Shown: in pieces, positions 46,454 through 55,335 of the stretch
How positions within the stretch are numbered: the stretch's first letter is position 1
Layout of the letters: each line of letters begins with the position of its first letter
NCBI GenBank assembly: GCA_964525635.1
Contig: CAZGJX010000001.1
Location: forward strand, 40,807-104,806
Length of the DNA stretch: 64,000 bases
Reading direction: 5' to 3'
Source of the DNA: an uncultured archaeon
Lineage (GTDB): Archaea > Asgardarchaeota > Lokiarchaeia > Sigyniarchaeales > SOKP01
Notes under the pieces: generated by a model
Databases searched by the model: none
Seen by the model: only the letters and a program-made list of their open reading frames with translations
What the model was told of the DNA's origin: nothing
Position numbers and translations under genes: made by a program

Positions 46454-49400
46454 TTATTTTAATTTCCAATGATGTTTTCCCATTTTTGACATAACTAAAA
46501 TTGTTCCTTTTCTCTCTAACTCTTTTAATTTGACCTGTAATAATCTTGCATCTAACATATCTTTAATCCTTAATTTAAAAATTAAATGTTTAATTGTTAA
46601 CCACTCCTCCTTATCCAAGGCTTTCAAAATTACATCATTTGTTAATATGGGCAATTTTGTTTGTTTTACCTTTGTAGGAGATGGAGTAGGAGAAGGTTTA
46701 GGTTTTATTATTGGTTTTGTAACAGATTTTTGTATTATAGGTTTTGTAACAGATTTTTGTATTATAGGTTTTGTTACTGGTTTCATTACAGGTTTTATTA
46801 TGGTAGTTTTTGCTATTGGTTTTTTTTCATCAAGGATTTTTTTACTTATTATTAATTCTTCTTTTATTTTTTCTTCTTTTTCTACTTTTGGTTTTATGAT
46901 TTCTTCTTTTTCCTTTATAGAAGATTCTAAGCTAGTTGCTGTCGATGATACAATAGGGATTGGTTTTCTAATAGCTTCTCTCATCAGAGTCTCTAGTTTA
47001 TTTCGGGTTATTTCTTCTTTATACTTACTGCTATCAGAAGCAATGTTATAGAGACTTTCTACAAATTTAGGAATATATTTTTCTATAAGATTTGTCCTTT
47101 TTTCCATTCTATGCATTTTCTCTCTTCTATTAAGATATATCCTTAATCGTCTCCCAACTGCTTCTAGACAATATTTTATTTCACTTATTAATCCTTCATC
47201 ATCAGCTAAAGCATTTTTTGATTGAGATTTAAACATTAAATGAACATAAGGACCTGATACATTTATTAATAATCTTATGGGACCTTTAGGAAGCCCATTT
47301 TCAAAAAGTTCTAAATTGTAATTTTTCCATTTTACTGATTGGACTGCTTTAGTAATAGCGCAATCAGCTGTATCTCTTAATTTTGGAGTTCTATTTACAA
47401 ATCTAGATAAAACATCTCTTGATCTTTTTGGAGTTTCTAATTTATTTGAATATGCCATAACCGCTTCAACAACATAGGCTAATCCTTTTCCACTTGTTGG
47501 ATTTCTTGTTTCTGCTGCAACAAAATCATCATCTTTAGTAAAATTATCAATAAAGTATTCAAATACTTCTTTATAATCATATTCTTTAGCTTCTTCAGAG
47601 GGAATTAAAAGTGAATCTATTTTATTAACTAATGTTTCTATTTCTATATTTTCATTATTTAACAGAAAAGAAGATAAGATTTTAGAATTGATATCTATTA
47701 TTTCAGCTTCTTCTACTTTAACACTATCTAATTCTATACTTTCAGGATTTTCTTTTATAAGAGAATTCTTTTTTTCATATAATAGATCTTTTGATATTTG
47801 GGTTAAATCTTGCTCTGAAGAACCAAAATCATCCAGATTTTCTGACACTCTTAAACCTAATTCTTTAATTAATGTATTTTCTAAAACAATATCTCCTACA
47901 GGGACAACTGTATCTGTTGGAGGGGCCATATATTTAACAGACTTAAATGCATAGAATAATGAATTAAATTGATTATTAGTTAAATTATCTGGTTTTGCTT
48001 CAGTAATTTTAACTTCTTTAACCAAATCTTTATATTTATTATTAATATTTTTGTTTTTTACTTCTTTAAAATCGGTAGCGTTAAATTTTATTATAATATT
48101 TATACTTTCCTTAATTTTTTCTTTCTCTATCGTGATTTTTTCAATATTTTGACGATGGGCCTTTACCTCTGCTTTAATTTGTTTAATTTCTTTTTTTGTA
48201 TTAACATTTTGGATTTTATCTTTTAATTTTTTTATTTTTTTGTGAATATCTTCAATTTCATTATATTTTTTATCATAATCAACTATTTTATCCCAATATA
48301 ATTTTTTTAAATCCTCTGAAATAATTTCATATATAATAAGTTTATCTCTAGGTCTATCTGATCTTCCATAAACTCTTTTTTCAATTCGGATAAAGTAAAT
48401 TGGTTGATTAATTTTTTTTGTTTTATTTATTGATCCATCTTTTAGGACAAAAAAATTTAATTTGTCTTGTAGATCCTTTTCAGCAAGATTTGTCACCTCT
48501 CTTGCTGTTTTATTACTCATTCTTACGAAATTATCTTGTAGAAATGCTGATAAAGTGAGATTGTTTGATTTAGCTAATAAATCTTGAAGATCTCCTATAT
48601 TTGTGGATGATGGATGTGGTTTTGCATATTTTGGTTGAGAAGGAAATGAGGAGACCTTACGTGGAAATATGAATTCCTTATTATATGGATCAATAAAAAT
48701 AATTGTTGCATGAGGATTCATTAAAGCAGTTTGTTGAATATAGGTATCGACATAACCTCTTACATATTTTATATTTAGATAATGAAGTTTTATATATGTA
48801 CCATGAAGGAAAGGTGAATCAATTTCTGTAGGATGGATAACATATTTTTTTTCATTTTTTGATGTTGTAAAAAACTCGGAAGCAGAAGCATATAAATTAT
48901 CAATATCTTTTGAAATAACAACAATTGGGTTTCCTGTGGTATTTTGAGCATCACTAAAGGCACTTGGAGCACCAAATCCTTGACTACCTCGTGTTTGTTT
49001 TAATTCTGTACTTTTAGATGATGCTAGATATTTACCATATTTTCTTAAATCTACTTTTGACATTCCATGTCCATTATCAAAAATTTCAAATTTATAACTC
49101 ATTATATTTTTTGCGTCAATTTCTCCTGTCAAAAGCGAATGTGCTTCTGATTCTGTCATTCGAATAATAACTAATGGTTCTTTATCAATTATGTTAATAT
49201 TATTAGCTGGTTGGAGAAGACTCTCCATATCTTTAATGATACTTTTAACTTCTATTTCTTCTATTTCTTCCTTTTTTTTTGATAATAATACTGTCTTATC
49301 AACTTTCTTTTTATCATCTTCACGTAAATCATCATAATGATATTCGGACTTTATTTCTTCAATTAGCGTTCGCTTAGCTTCATTATCGAGTTTTTGAGTT

Positions 49401-49612
49401 TTTTCTTCTTCTTTTTCTTTCATTAAAATTGAAAAACTTTCTAATTGAATATCTTGATCTAAAGTATATATTATTTGAGAACCTTTTTTCTTTAATTCAT
49501 CCCATTGGTAAGATTCAATCGCATCAAGTGCATTATCTAAAAATTCAGCACAATATTGTGTATGTTTCCAATATCCAAACTCAAAACCAACTAATTGGGT
49601 TCGCTTTCGCAT
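46454..49612 (-). CDS. top6B: DNA topoisomerase VI subunit B, unusually long (1052 aa) with K/E-rich insertions and an extra C-terminal repeat linker plus small globular domain
   Basis: GHKL boxes EFLDNALDA, EIFDNGHGM and TRGSQGFGAPSA, plus H2TH and transducer regions. The frame stays open 90 nt upstream of ATG 49612 (..GQIKQGTIAQF-MRKRTQLVGF), so the start is uncertain. Confidence 0.85.
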   Translation of the reverse strand: MRKRTQLVGFEFGYWKHTQYCAEFLDNALDAIESYQWDELKKKGSQIIYTLDQDIQLESFSILMKEKEEEKTQKLDNEAKRTLIEEIKSEYHYDDLREDDKKKVDKTVLLSKKKEEIEEIEVKSIIKDMESLLQPANNINIIDKEPLVIIRMTESEAHSLLTGEIDAKNIMSYKFEIFDNGHGMSKVDLRKYGKYLASSKSTELKQTRGSQGFGAPSAFSDAQNTTGNPIVVISKDIDNLYASASEFFTTSKNEKKYVIHPTEIDSPFLHGTYIKLHYLNIKYVRGYVDTYIQQTALMNPHATIIFIDPYNKEFIFPRKVSSFPSQPKYAKPHPSSTNIGDLQDLLAKSNNLTLSAFLQDNFVRMSNKTAREVTNLAEKDLQDKLNFFVLKDGSINKTKKINQPIYFIRIEKRVYGRSDRPRDKLIIYEIISEDLKKLYWDKIVDYDKKYNEIEDIHKKIKKLKDKIQNVNTKKEIKQIKAEVKAHRQNIEKITIEKEKIKESINIIIKFNATDFKEVKNKNINNKYKDLVKEVKITEAKPDNLTNNQFNSLFYAFKSVKYMAPPTDTVVPVGDIVLENTLIKELGLRVSENLDDFGSSEQDLTQISKDLLYEKKNSLIKENPESIELDSVKVEEAEIIDINSKILSSFLLNNENIEIETLVNKIDSLLIPSEEAKEYDYKEVFEYFIDNFTKDDDFVAAETRNPTSGKGLAYVVEAVMAYSNKLETPKRSRDVLSRFVNRTPKLRDTADCAITKAVQSVKWKNYNLELFENGLPKGPIRLLINVSGPYVHLMFKSQSKNALADDEGLISEIKYCLEAVGRRLRIYLNRREKMHRMEKRTNLIEKYIPKFVESLYNIASDSSKYKEEITRNKLETLMREAIRKPIPIVSSTATSLESSIKEKEEIIKPKVEKEEKIKEELIISKKILDEKKPIAKTTIIKPVMKPVTKPIIQKSVTKPIIQKSVTKPIIKPKPSPTPSPTKVKQTKLPILTNDVILKALDKEEWLTIKHLIFKLRIKDMLDARLLQVKLKELERKGTILVMSKMGKHHWKLK
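46701..46803 (-). repeat. Coding tandem repeat (27-nt unit) inside the top6B 3' region
   Basis: On the + strand ggttttgtaacagatttttgtattata occurs twice exactly (46713..46739 and 46740..46766), flanked by degenerate copies. It encodes (V)TKPIIQKS repeats, followed by KPKPSPTPSPT. Confidence 0.85.
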
Positions 49613-50017
49613 AAACTGTGCTATTGTTCCTTGTTTTATTTGTCCTTCCTCTTCATCACCAGTAATCTTAAAAACACCCCATTTTACATTTGAATATATT
49701 TTTTATAGTATTTTCATTACTCTTAATTTTTATATATATTAATATAGTAAGCATTATTCAATAATTGTTTTGATAATAGGTATATGATTAAATGTTTATA
49801 AACCCCACTTTCTAAGCTATATGTAGAATTTACTTCACTTAATTTAAAATCTGATTTATTATTTAAAGTTTTTTGTTGTTATTAAATCTTTAACTTATGA
49901 TGAAGAAATCAAGCTTAGAATCATATTTACTGATAATTAATAATGATCTTTTTATAATAAGCAAGAAGAATGTTATATTTACTTTATTATTAAATTAAAA
50001 TCTTAAATAATATGGTT

Positions 50018-51289
50018 TTAAAGATCTTTAATTCTATAATTTTCTAAAACAACATCAATCAATTTAGAGGCAATATAGCGTTTAGAATGTTTTGCTATAT
50101 GAGTTATATGTTTTTCTTTATCAATGATATAAACCTCATTTTCTGTACTTTCAAATCCAATATCTTCTCTACCAATATCATTAGCTACTATAAGATCCAC
50201 TTTAGATTTTTTTAGCCGAGAATATGCGCGATCAATTAATTCACTCCGAGATATATTTGATTCTGCTTTAAAAGCTACAATAAAAACTTTATTATTTACT
50301 TTCCTTGCTTCATTTATTATTTTGGGAGTTAAGGCCATATTAACTTGAAGTTCTTCAATATCGTCAGAAGAAATTTTTCCTTCAATGATTTTAGTTGGAC
50401 TATAATCGCTAATAGCAGCAGCACAGATAAATATATCAAATTCTTTATCAGTTAACTCTTTTTTGATTTTATCTATAAAATCTTGAGTTGTGGTAACATT
50501 AATTACATTTAGATAATCCGGTGGAGACACTGTGCTTTTTCCATTTATTAATAAAACATCTCCTCCTCTCGCTGAGCATTCTTTAGCAATTTCAATCCCT
50601 TGTCTACCTGAAGATTTATTGGAAACATACCTAACAGTGTCTATTGGTTCACGAGTAGGACCAGCAGTTATTAAAATCTTCTTTCCATGTAAATCTTTTT
50701 TAGATACTAATAAATCAATAACACGATCTATAATATCATCAATTCGTGCAATCTTTGCTTTTCCTTCAGATATTCTTGGACCAAGTATTTCTACACCATA
50801 TTTCTTTAATTTTTTCATATTTTCAGCAAGTATTTCATGTCTAAACATACTTTCATGCATAGCTGGAACAATAATAATAGGTAAAGATGATCCGAAAGCA
50901 GTCGTTACTACAGTTGTAACAGGAGTATCATCAATACCACAAGCAATCTTTGATATAGTATTTGCTGTTGCAGGACAAACTAAGATTAAATCAGCTCTAC
51001 CAACCATTTTTGGTCTTTCTCCTGCTAAATATACATGTTCTACAGCACCTGATAAATTTGAAATTACTTTATTTCCAGTTGCCCAATGAATTAAAGAAGG
51101 TGATATTAATTCAGTAGCCGCTTTTGTCATAACTGCAATAACATCAGCACCTTTCCTCATAAGTTCTCTCGCAATTATTGGAGCACTAATAATTGCAACA
51201 CTTCCAGTTAAACATAAACATATAGTTTTTCCTCTTAGAATTGTACCTTCTAATTCCATTATATCTTTACTAGGATGTTTATATGACAT
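50018..51289 (-). CDS. coaBC: Bifunctional phosphopantothenoylcysteine decarboxylase / phosphopantothenate-cysteine ligase
   Basis: 423 aa. N-terminal flavoprotein domain (CLTGSVAIISAP, PAMHESM) plus the C-terminal DFP ligase domain (ITAGPTREPIDTVRYVSNKSSG, AAAISDY). Confidence 0.9.
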   Translation of the reverse strand: MSYKHPSKDIMELEGTILRGKTICLCLTGSVAIISAPIIARELMRKGADVIAVMTKAATELISPSLIHWATGNKVISNLSGAVEHVYLAGERPKMVGRADLILVCPATANTISKIACGIDDTPVTTVVTTAFGSSLPIIIVPAMHESMFRHEILAENMKKLKKYGVEILGPRISEGKAKIARIDDIIDRVIDLLVSKKDLHGKKILITAGPTREPIDTVRYVSNKSSGRQGIEIAKECSARGGDVLLINGKSTVSPPDYLNVINVTTTQDFIDKIKKELTDKEFDIFICAAAISDYSPTKIIEGKISSDDIEELQVNMALTPKIINEARKVNNKVFIVAFKAESNISRSELIDRAYSRLKKSKVDLIVANDIGREDIGFESTENEVYIIDKEKHITHIAKHSKRYIASKLIDVVLENYRIKDL

Positions 51290-51454
51290 TTGAGCTTACC
51301 TCAAAATAATAAAAAAATCTTTTCTCTTATTAAGGTTTATAACTAGTAAAAAATACCATATCAAAAAAAATTTTCTCAACAAATTCTCTTGATAATTAAA
51401 TTAATTTTATTTTCAATTAGTTCCCTTTTCATAGTAAAACGTTGACTCTACTAA

Positions 51455-52906
51455 CTAGTTCTCATTAAGATTTTTAAACCATCGATTAAAAAAATCTTTC
51501 CATAAGAGTAAATCAGCATAATTTTTAAATCTAAACTTATTTAAGATTGGGGTATAATTCTCTTTATAATCCCATATTAATTGTTTTAATGAATAATTTT
51601 TTGATACTTTTCTAAATACAGAATTCTTAAAATTATTTGAAGATAGTTTCCACCAGTTTTTAATTAATTTAGAATTATATTTTTTCTCATAATATTCAAT
51701 ATTTGCATAAACCGGAGTATTTGGATAACAAGAAAAAATTGAGGGGCTAATTTGAATATTCTCATGAATAGCATATTTATTTATAAAATCGATTGTATCT
51801 GTAAATTTTTTTTTGGTTTCTCCGGGAAATCCACAGAGAATATTTATCCTACAATAAATCTGGGTTATTTTCTTATATTTTTCCAATAGCAATTTCATTG
51901 ATTTAATATATTGAGAAGGAGACTCCGTTTTATGCATTTCAATTAATAACTCTTTATTTGCTGATTCAAATCCAAAACCAACAATCATATTAGAATTTTG
52001 AATTTTTTTTAAAAGTATATCATTATTAACAAGAGACTCAATACGACTTTGACAAGAGAATTTGTATTCTTCCTGTAAATTATTCTCAATAATATATTCT
52101 AGGATATGTTCACTTAATGGATTGTTAAAAAATGATTGATCAGCAAAGCTAATTTTTGTGTTTTTTTTATTGTAAATACTCACAATATTTGTAATTTTAT
52201 TAAAATATTTTTGAAAATTATCGAAAGAATAGCTTCTGAAAGGATAATTTAGAGAACAAAAGGAACATTGATAAGGACATCCTCTTGACATATATAAATC
52301 AAAATTAAATTTGTCCTTAAATGGATATTTTGATAAAAATAACTCATAATCCGGAGGGGGTAAATTATTAATATCAATTAGCTCATCTGGATTTATAACT
52401 ACCGGTTCTTTTTTTTTTATTGTTTTATTCAGGGCATTTTTTTTAAAAAGATTATATAAAACAATTTCAGCTTCACCTTTTATAATAAAGTCAAAAGGTG
52501 AATTTTTAAATATAAAATCCCCAGGAACAGCTGAGGGATGATATCCTCCTACAAATATTATTTTATCAGGGAATTCTTTTTTGATAAGATTGGCAATGGC
52601 AAGAGTTTGTTGATATTGATAAGAAGTATAACAATTGATTCCAATATTTTGATATTCTTGGATATTATTTGATTCAAATATTTTTAAACAAAATTCATTG
52701 AATTTATTGATATTAATATTATTTATCTCTAATTGGTTATTGTTTTCTTCTTCTAAACGCATATCTATTATATCAGTTTTAAGATTAAGCTTTTTCTTTA
52801 AAAAAGAGGAGATTTGTAAAGTTCCAAGGGGGATATTATTATTATATAATCTTTTTTGATATTCTTCTATGTTAAAAAACCCTGGTATAATAAAAAGTAA
52901 ATTCAT
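51455..52906 (-). CDS. B12-binding-domain radical SAM protein
   Basis: 483 aa. The N-terminal Rossmann-like region resembles a cobalamin-binding domain. The radical-SAM motif is CPYQCSFCS (CX3CX2C). Confidence 0.6.
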   Translation of the reverse strand: MNLLFIIPGFFNIEEYQKRLYNNNIPLGTLQISSFLKKKLNLKTDIIDMRLEEENNNQLEINNININKFNEFCLKIFESNNIQEYQNIGINCYTSYQYQQTLAIANLIKKEFPDKIIFVGGYHPSAVPGDFIFKNSPFDFIIKGEAEIVLYNLFKKNALNKTIKKKEPVVINPDELIDINNLPPPDYELFLSKYPFKDKFNFDLYMSRGCPYQCSFCSLNYPFRSYSFDNFQKYFNKITNIVSIYNKKNTKISFADQSFFNNPLSEHILEYIIENNLQEEYKFSCQSRIESLVNNDILLKKIQNSNMIVGFGFESANKELLIEMHKTESPSQYIKSMKLLLEKYKKITQIYCRINILCGFPGETKKKFTDTIDFINKYAIHENIQISPSIFSCYPNTPVYANIEYYEKKYNSKLIKNWWKLSSNNFKNSVFRKVSKNYSLKQLIWDYKENYTPILNKFRFKNYADLLLWKDFFNRWFKNLNEN

Positions 52907-52959
52907 TTTTTCATATTATATAAATTAACTTAATATATGATTATTAGATACATTAAATT

Positions 52960-53130
52960 ATAAGAGAGAGTGTGAACTACCACAACTTAAAGTTTGTGGT
53001 TTCCTACGAGTGCACAATCGCTTCTACTACGGATTGGTCTGTATATCGTAGAAAATCCTCCCATTGCGTTAGGAAGGATTCCTCGACCACAGAGGATTCA
53101 TGCGATAGGAAATCATAACGATTCTGTTTT
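52960..53130 (-). ncRNA. Putative TnpB guide RNA (omega/reRNA) scaffold overlapping the tnpB 3' end
   Basis: Inferred from the known organisation of TnpB elements. The segment is locally GC-enriched and structured, and includes hairpin 52979..53000. The ends are not determined. Confidence 0.3.
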
Positions 53131-54380
53131 TTACACAAAAGAAATTTGACCATAATATTAATTGCTGAGTTAAGATCTCGATCAATATGATTTCCACAAC
53201 CGCAAATAATAGTTCGTTCATAAATAGCTCTCTTTTTTTTTTTTCCACATTTACAACAGACTTGGGTTGTATCTGATTCATTAATTCTTATTACTCTCTT
53301 ACCTGCTTTTTCTGCTTTATAGGTTAAGAATTGAGTAAATCGAGATATAAACCCTGTATTTTTGACTGAATAATTCAATGTTTTAATTTGTTTATTTGTT
53401 GTATTATTCCCCGAACTTTTCTTCTTATTAGCCATTTGTTTAACCTTCAATTTTCCAACAATTATCGTATTTGCCTTGGTATGAGTAATAATTTGAGTTG
53501 AAAGCCAATGTTGATAATCTTTAAGTTGATATACACATTTTTTCATCATCTTCTTTAGTTTTAACTGATACCAATTCCACTTCTTGCTATATTTTTTACA
53601 ATGATCTCGTTTTGATTGGACCTGTTCAATCTTTTTTTTCCAATAGAGATCTGCGCGTCTATGAGTAAAATGAAGAGCTTTTCCCAGATAATTTACTCCA
53701 ACAGTTTGATGAATACCTAAATCAAATGCTTGATAGAAGGAATTATCATAGTAATTTGGTGGTTTGAATTGATAGGTAATCGATAGGAACCATTTGTTTT
53801 GAGAAAGAGAAATCTCTACTTGTTTGATCTTCTCTTGTGGAATAAGATGAGAAGGAAGAGTAAATTGAAGGGTTAGTTTTGAAGGATGTTTATGAGAAAA
53901 AGTAATTGAATTATTATTGATTTTAAATCCAGATTGCTTATAACAGAGTGTTGTAAAATACTTCTTTCCTTTAAATCGTGGAGGTTTTACTGTTCTATCT
54001 CCCTTTTTCCATAAAGCAAAAAAGGATTTATAATCTCCATCGAGTTTTTCTAGTGTAGTTTGGAGAACTTTCGAATACACCCATTTATATTCTGGGTATG
54101 TTTCTTTTATTTGAGGTAATGTAGTTGATTGATCATTATAGGTAATATAGTTGCATTCTTCTTTTGGTAGATTCTTATTTTTTTTCCAATTCTCTATTCT
54201 CTGTGCTAAAGCAAAATTAAAAATAAGACGACATTTCTCAGAAAAAATCCATAGAAGGTGTTCTTGCTCCGTTGAGGGAATGATCCGGATTTTTTGCGTA
54301 AGCAACATTACTATAGAAAGAATGTAAGAACCATTAAATATAAGAAGACTCCAATAATTTATTAAGATAGAGAATCTCAC
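53004..54380 (-). CDS. tnpB: TnpB (IS200/IS605-family OrfB, RuvC-like RNA-guided nuclease)
   Basis: 458-aa ORF. The likely true start is ATG 54308 (MLLTQKIRIIPSTEQEHLL...), a typical TnpB N-terminus. Also has FDLGIHQ (RuvC-I D), the zinc finger CCKCG...CGCGNHIDRDLNSAINI, and a C-terminal RuvC-III. Confidence 0.85.
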   Translation of the reverse strand: MRFSILINYWSLLIFNGSYILSIVMLLTQKIRIIPSTEQEHLLWIFSEKCRLIFNFALAQRIENWKKNKNLPKEECNYITYNDQSTTLPQIKETYPEYKWVYSKVLQTTLEKLDGDYKSFFALWKKGDRTVKPPRFKGKKYFTTLCYKQSGFKINNNSITFSHKHPSKLTLQFTLPSHLIPQEKIKQVEISLSQNKWFLSITYQFKPPNYYDNSFYQAFDLGIHQTVGVNYLGKALHFTHRRADLYWKKKIEQVQSKRDHCKKYSKKWNWYQLKLKKMMKKCVYQLKDYQHWLSTQIITHTKANTIIVGKLKVKQMANKKKSSGNNTTNKQIKTLNYSVKNTGFISRFTQFLTYKAEKAGKRVIRINESDTTQVCCKCGKKKKRAIYERTIICGCGNHIDRDLNSAINIMVKFLLCKKQNRYDFLSHESSVVEESFLTQWEDFLRYTDQSVVEAIVHS

Positions 54381-54450
54381 TCAATTCATCCCCTCCCTAA
54401 AAGGAGGGATCTTCTTGAGTGTCAAAAGATAAAGTGTTATAAATTAAAAA

Positions 54451-55323
54451 ATGAAGATTGGAATTTTATTTAATAGAGTAACTTGGGAAATTAAGCAGAT
54501 AATTAAAGAACTTGAAGAAAGAAATATTGAGTATAAGTTAATAAATAACCAAAATATTTTTTTCAGATTAAATAAGTTAAAAGATTTAGAATATAATTGT
54601 GATATTTTTCTAGAAAGATCACTTAGTTTTTTAAGGGGGTTATATACTACAGCGATACTTGAGGCGAAGGGATATAAGGTTATAAACAATTTTGAATGTT
54701 TGAATATTACTGGAAATAAATTATTAACAACCTTAGAATTAATTAAGGAGGGTATTCCTACGCCAAATACTTGTATTGCCTATACAAATGATTCATCTAT
54801 CAAGGCAATAGAAGAAGAAATAGATTATCCCGCCATTTTAAAACCTATTATTGGATCTTGGGGTAGATTAATAGCAAAATTGGATGATTATAATTGTGCT
54901 AGTGCAAACTTGGAAGTAAGAGAAACTTTAGGTAATATTTTACAAAAAATATTTTATATTCAAAAGTATGTATCTAATGAGAATTCTGATAAAGACATTC
55001 CAACAGATTTAAGAATTTTTGTTATAGGAAATAACTGTGTTGCAGCTATGGGAAGATATCATACCAAACAAGATTTCAGGAGTAATATAGCAATTGGTGG
55101 TGTAGCAAAACCTATAGAAATCTCTTCTGAAATAGAGGAGTTAAGTTTGAAAGCATCAAAAGTCTCTAAAGGAGAAATTGTGGGAGTTGATTTGATGGAA
55201 GATAATGGGAAATTATCTGTAATTGAAGTTAATGGGACACCTCAATTCAAAGCTGTAGCAACAACAACCAATATCAATATTGCTTCCGAAATTGTTGAAT
55301 ATATTACGAAAAATTATAATTAA
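54451..55323 (+). CDS. lysX: RimK-type ATP-grasp ligase LysX/ArgX (alpha-aminoadipate/glutamate--LysW ligase)
   Basis: 290 aa. Contains MKIGILFNRVTWEIKQIIKELEERNIEY, YPAILKPIIGSWGR and VDLMED...VIEVNGTPQF. Followed by lysZ and lysK. Confidence 0.8.
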   Translation: MKIGILFNRVTWEIKQIIKELEERNIEYKLINNQNIFFRLNKLKDLEYNCDIFLERSLSFLRGLYTTAILEAKGYKVINNFECLNITGNKLLTTLELIKEGIPTPNTCIAYTNDSSIKAIEEEIDYPAILKPIIGSWGRLIAKLDDYNCASANLEVRETLGNILQKIFYIQKYVSNENSDKDIPTDLRIFVIGNNCVAAMGRYHTKQDFRSNIAIGGVAKPIEISSEIEELSLKASKVSKGEIVGVDLMEDNGKLSVIEVNGTPQFKAVATTTNINIASEIVEYITKNYN

Positions 55324-55335
55324 ATGTGATGATTA

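Larger units (their letters stand above)
52960..54440 (-). mobile_element. IS200/IS605-family element with tnpB only (IS1341-like); boundaries approximate
   Basis: Imperfect hairpin at the tnpB-upstream end (54388..54410, ATCCCCTCC-CTAAAA-GGAGGGAT). 7-bp hairpin just past the stop (52979..53000, ACCACAA-CTTAAAGT-TTGTGGT). The GC-richer patch contrasts with the AT-rich flanks. No tnpA. Confidence 0.55.

Noticed and set aside
46701-46803. Tandem 27-nt repeats as a possible CRISPR array or minisatellite locus
   Set aside because: The units are contiguous without spacers, lie in frame inside top6B, and encode a peptide repeat. This is not a CRISPR array. No CRISPR-like repeat-spacer structure was seen anywhere in the window.
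46530-47051. 173-aa and 64-aa plus-strand ORFs (46530..47051 and 46661..46855) with striking GFVTDFCII repeats
   Set aside because: They are the antisense reading of the top6B tandem-repeat region. The repeat is explained by the top6B coding strand, so they are shadow ORFs.
49703-49717. In-frame ATG (MKIL) followed by TAA upstream of top6B, read as programmed readthrough or a third BHB intron
   Set aside because: I could not draw a convincing two-bulge/4-bp-helix structure around it, and there is no precedent for TAA readthrough here. It is kept only as a start-codon uncertainty.
50532-51089. 185-aa plus-strand ORF inside coaBC
   Set aside because: It is antisense to a well-supported CoaBC gene, with low-complexity composition typical of shadow ORFs.
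54388-54410. Hairpin ATCCCCTCC-CTAAAA-GGAGGGAT read as a transcription terminator or as the lysX ribosome-binding region
   Set aside because: Archaeal terminators are oligo-T tracts rather than hairpins. The position directly upstream of tnpB fits a subterminal IS200/IS605 end hairpin better.
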